Shown here piece by piece: positions 61,506 to 64,000 of a stretch of DNA of 64,000 nucleotides. The DNA lies in contig NW_005434620.1 of NCBI RefSeq assembly GCF_000315625.1, forward strand, positions 360,104-424,103, written 5' to 3'. The notes beneath the pieces are model-generated. The model ran no database searches. It was not told the DNA's origin and saw only the letters and a program-made list of their open reading frames with translations. How positions within the stretch are numbered: the first letter of the stretch is position 1; each line of letters opens with the position of its first letter. Source of the stretch: Guillardia theta CCMP2712 (lineage: Eukaryota; Protista; Cryptophyta). Position numbers and translations under genes: made by a program.

Positions 61506-62368
61506 ACAAACCCTTCTTGACCTTAAACGTCGACCGCAACATCAATATGCAAGGTGGGAATGCGATGATGCCGTCTGAGAGTGGGAAACCTGAGCACCAT
61601 GTAAGAAATTCTTCTAACTATCTTCAATTCATGAGAGAGGACACAAACTCATACCAAAAGCTGTTGGAGAAGCTGGAAAGCAGATTTGAAAAAGACAAAT
61701 GTCTGGTGCTAGGGCAGGGAAAACTTGCTGAGCTTGTCAAAGGTTCTCGTGCAAAGGAGGAGGTCAAGGAGGTCAAGGAGGTCAAGGAGGTCAAGGAGGT
61801 CAAGGAGGAGAAGCAACAGCATCTACAACTACAGGGATTGCTTGAGAAGGAGAAGAGTCTTGAGCAGCAGCAGCGGCAGGAGCATCGGAAGCAGCAGGAG
61901 AAAGCGCTGGAACGGGGACGGTGGCAGAGGCAGGCAGTTGAAGTGGAGGGCACGGAGGTAGTGCACCAACGGCTAGGGGGGGATCAGAAAGTAGAAGCGC
62001 TGAAAGCTTGCCTGTCCAAGATGCAGGAGGGACTGAAGCTATACTTCGATGCTGCTCAGCAAGCGCTGGAGACATTCTGCCGTTCGGATGAGGGAGGAGG
62101 AGGAGAGGTAGAGAGGAGAGTGGTTCGTCCCTACCCGAAGGAGGGGGAGGAGAGGGAGGGAAGAGGGGAGAAGAGGGAGCAAGGGAGGAGGGACGCGGGC
62201 AGGAGCGGAGAGACAGAGCGAGGACTAGTGCGGAGTGTCAGGAAGGACAAGTCGATCCGGGAGTTCTTCATGGAGGAGCTTGCGGATTTGTCTGCTGCTT
62301 ACTCCGTCTTGGGAGTCCCGAAGAATCTGACGATAAGGGAGGAGGAGGGAGGAGAGAGGAGCAGCTGA
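61442..62368 (+). CDS. Coiled-coil E/K/Q-rich ORF, probably the continuation (next exon) of the PAZ-LOTUS gene
   Basis: 308-codon ORF overlapping the end of the upstream ORF by 64 nt in another frame, with (KEV)n repeats. Confidence 0.5.
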   Translation: MGRDKIESKSGEDREERAVDVNKPFLTLNVDRNINMQGGNAMMPSESGKPEHHVRNSSNYLQFMREDTNSYQKLLEKLESRFEKDKCLVLGQGKLAELVKGSRAKEEVKEVKEVKEVKEVKEEKQQHLQLQGLLEKEKSLEQQQRQEHRKQQEKALERGRWQRQAVEVEGTEVVHQRLGGDQKVEALKACLSKMQEGLKLYFDAAQQALETFCRSDEGGGGEVERRVVRPYPKEGEEREGRGEKREQGRRDAGRSGETERGLVRSVRKDKSIREFFMEELADLSAAYSVLGVPKNLTIREEEGGERSS

Positions 62369-62899
62369 GTGAAAAGTGAGATGAACTCGTTATGCTGCCT
62401 CGACTCTCTGCCACTGTTTCTTCAATCTCTGCTCCCATCTTTGTCCTCCCCTAACCTTCCTCTCCTCTCCTCTCCCTCCCTCCCTCCCTCCCTGCTCCCT
62501 GCTTCTCCCTCCCTCGCTCCTTTGTCTTCTCTCCCCTTCCTCCCTCCTCCCTCCTCCCTCCTCCCTCCTCCCTGCTTTCACTCCACTCCGTCTCCCCTCT
62601 CACGCCTTCCTTCCACACTTCAACACGCATGAAGATCCCTGCGGCTCCTCTTAGAGGGTCGAATGAGGAGGAAGGAGGAAGAGCAATCGACGAACCGAAC
62701 GAGCAAGAGGACTACGAAGAGGACCGGAATTGTACTGGGTCGATGATCCTGTTCTGTTCGTGTCCAACAACGCCATTGCTGGGGGGGGGGATCCTAACAT
62801 GCTTCTAGGGAGGGGGGGAGTCACGCTCCATCCTCTCCTCGCCTCACCTTCCAAGATTGGATTGCACCATGCCGAGCCACTCCTTGTAAGGCAAGCTAC

Positions 62900-63100
62900 N
62901 NNNNNNNNNNNNNNNNNNNNNNNNNNNNNNNNNNNNNNNNNNNNNNNNNNNNNNNNNNNNNNNNNNNNNNNNNNNNNNNNNNNNNNNNNNNNNNNNNNNN
63001 NNNNNNNNNNNNNNNNNNNNNNNNNNNNNNNNNNNNNNNNNNNNNNNNNNNNNNNNNNNNNNNNNNNNNNNNNNNNNNNNNNNNNNNNNNNNNNNNNNNN
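62900..63100. other. Assembly gap
   Basis: Run of N. Confidence 1.
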
Positions 63101-63320
63101 CCTCCTACCCTCCTCCTCCTCCTCCTCCTCCTCCTCCTCCTCCTCCTCCTCCTCCTCCTCCTCCTCCTCCTCCTCCTCCTCCTCCTCCTCCTCCTCCTCC
63201 TCCTCCTCCTCCTCCTCCTCCTCCTCCTCCTCCTCCTCCTCCTCCTCCTCCTCCTCCTCCTCCTCCTCCTCCTCCTCCTCCTCCTCCTCCTCCTCCTCCT
63301 CTCTCCTCCTCCTCTCCTCC
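63101..63320. repeat. (CCT)n microsatellite
   Basis: Directly visible. Confidence 0.95.
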
Positions 63321-63666
63321 CCATTGTCTCTTTATTCCTCACAGTCTCTTGTTACAGATGTTACAATCCTCCAACTGTCCCTTGCAGATCTTTCCACCTG
63401 TCCTCCCTGCTTCAGTTTCCCACCTCCTCCAGCTGACTCCCAGCTAACTCCCAGCTCCTCCTTCCCACCTGTCAGCGTCGTCTCCTCCCATTCCCCACCA
63501 GACCCGGTCGCAGTGTTCTGCTGGAAGTCAGCTGGAGTCGATTCTGTGGCTGCTTTACCTGCAGGCAGATGCTGCTGCTGTTCTGCGCCCACACGCCCAG
63601 GCGGTTGCGCTGGACTCTTGAGCAGATGACTTTCACCCTTCCCTGTGAGTGAAGAGGAGCAGGAGG

Positions 63667-63697
<31 letters not shown>

Positions 63698-63835
63698 AGT
63701 GTATGAGTCAGGTAGTGCCTGGTTAAGAACGCAGAAGGCAGGAGGAAGCGGTGAAGGGACAGGTGAAGAGAGCAAGGATTATGATGAAGCATGAAGAGGA
63801 GAAGAATGAAGACATGAAGAAGAGATCAAAGTGAA

Positions 63836-64000
63836 CGAGGACGAGGACGAGGACGAGTACAAGGAGCACGGACGAGGACCAGGACCAGGACCAGGACCAG
63901 GACCAGGACCAGGACCAGGACCAGGACCAGGATCAGGACCAGGACCAGGACCAGGACCAGGACCAGGACTAGGACCAGGATGAGGACGAGGACGAGGACG
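63836..64000. repeat. (GGACCA/GGACGA)n microsatellite
   Basis: Directly visible. Confidence 0.95.

Noticed and set aside
58854-62368. Full-length Argonaute or Dicer
   Set aside because: No MID/PIWI, helicase or RNase III motifs seen.
1-64000. tRNA, rRNA, telomeric repeats, retroelement ORFs
   Set aside because: No recognisable signatures by eye; a covariance-model scan would be needed to exclude small RNAs.

Overview
Eukaryotic, intron-rich nuclear DNA with short GT-AG introns (often with a CTGAC branch site), polypurine/polypyrimidine microsatellites inside introns and two N-gaps. The style fits a cryptophyte alga such as Guillardia theta (inference from style only). Left to right: two near-identical RWP-RK transcription-factor genes bracketing a decayed Crypton-type tyrosine recombinase; several weak hypothetical genes; a secreted SGNH/PC-esterase(NXPE)-like gene; a SAM-like gene; a signal-anchored TTL-like ATP-grasp gene with altered catalytic residues; a flavin-reductase-like gene; WDR61/SKI8 head-to-head with an intronless gene; a ~16.5-kb gene for a giant type-I membrane protein (Ca-binding DxDxDG repeats, LCCL, six Calx-beta-like/Sushi/Cys-rich modules, TM, C-terminal PDZ); a SANBR/KIAA1841 homolog; an Sfi1-like gene with a 393-bp tandem amplification; a filamin+DUF1647-like gene; and an intronless gene joining an Argonaute-type PAZ motif to a LOTUS/OST-HTH domain with no PIWI. 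The best candidates for something undescribed are the PAZ-LOTUS protein, the giant receptor and the Crypton/RWP-RK arrangement. All domain calls are by eye from motifs; no searches were run, and multi-exon boundaries are approximate.
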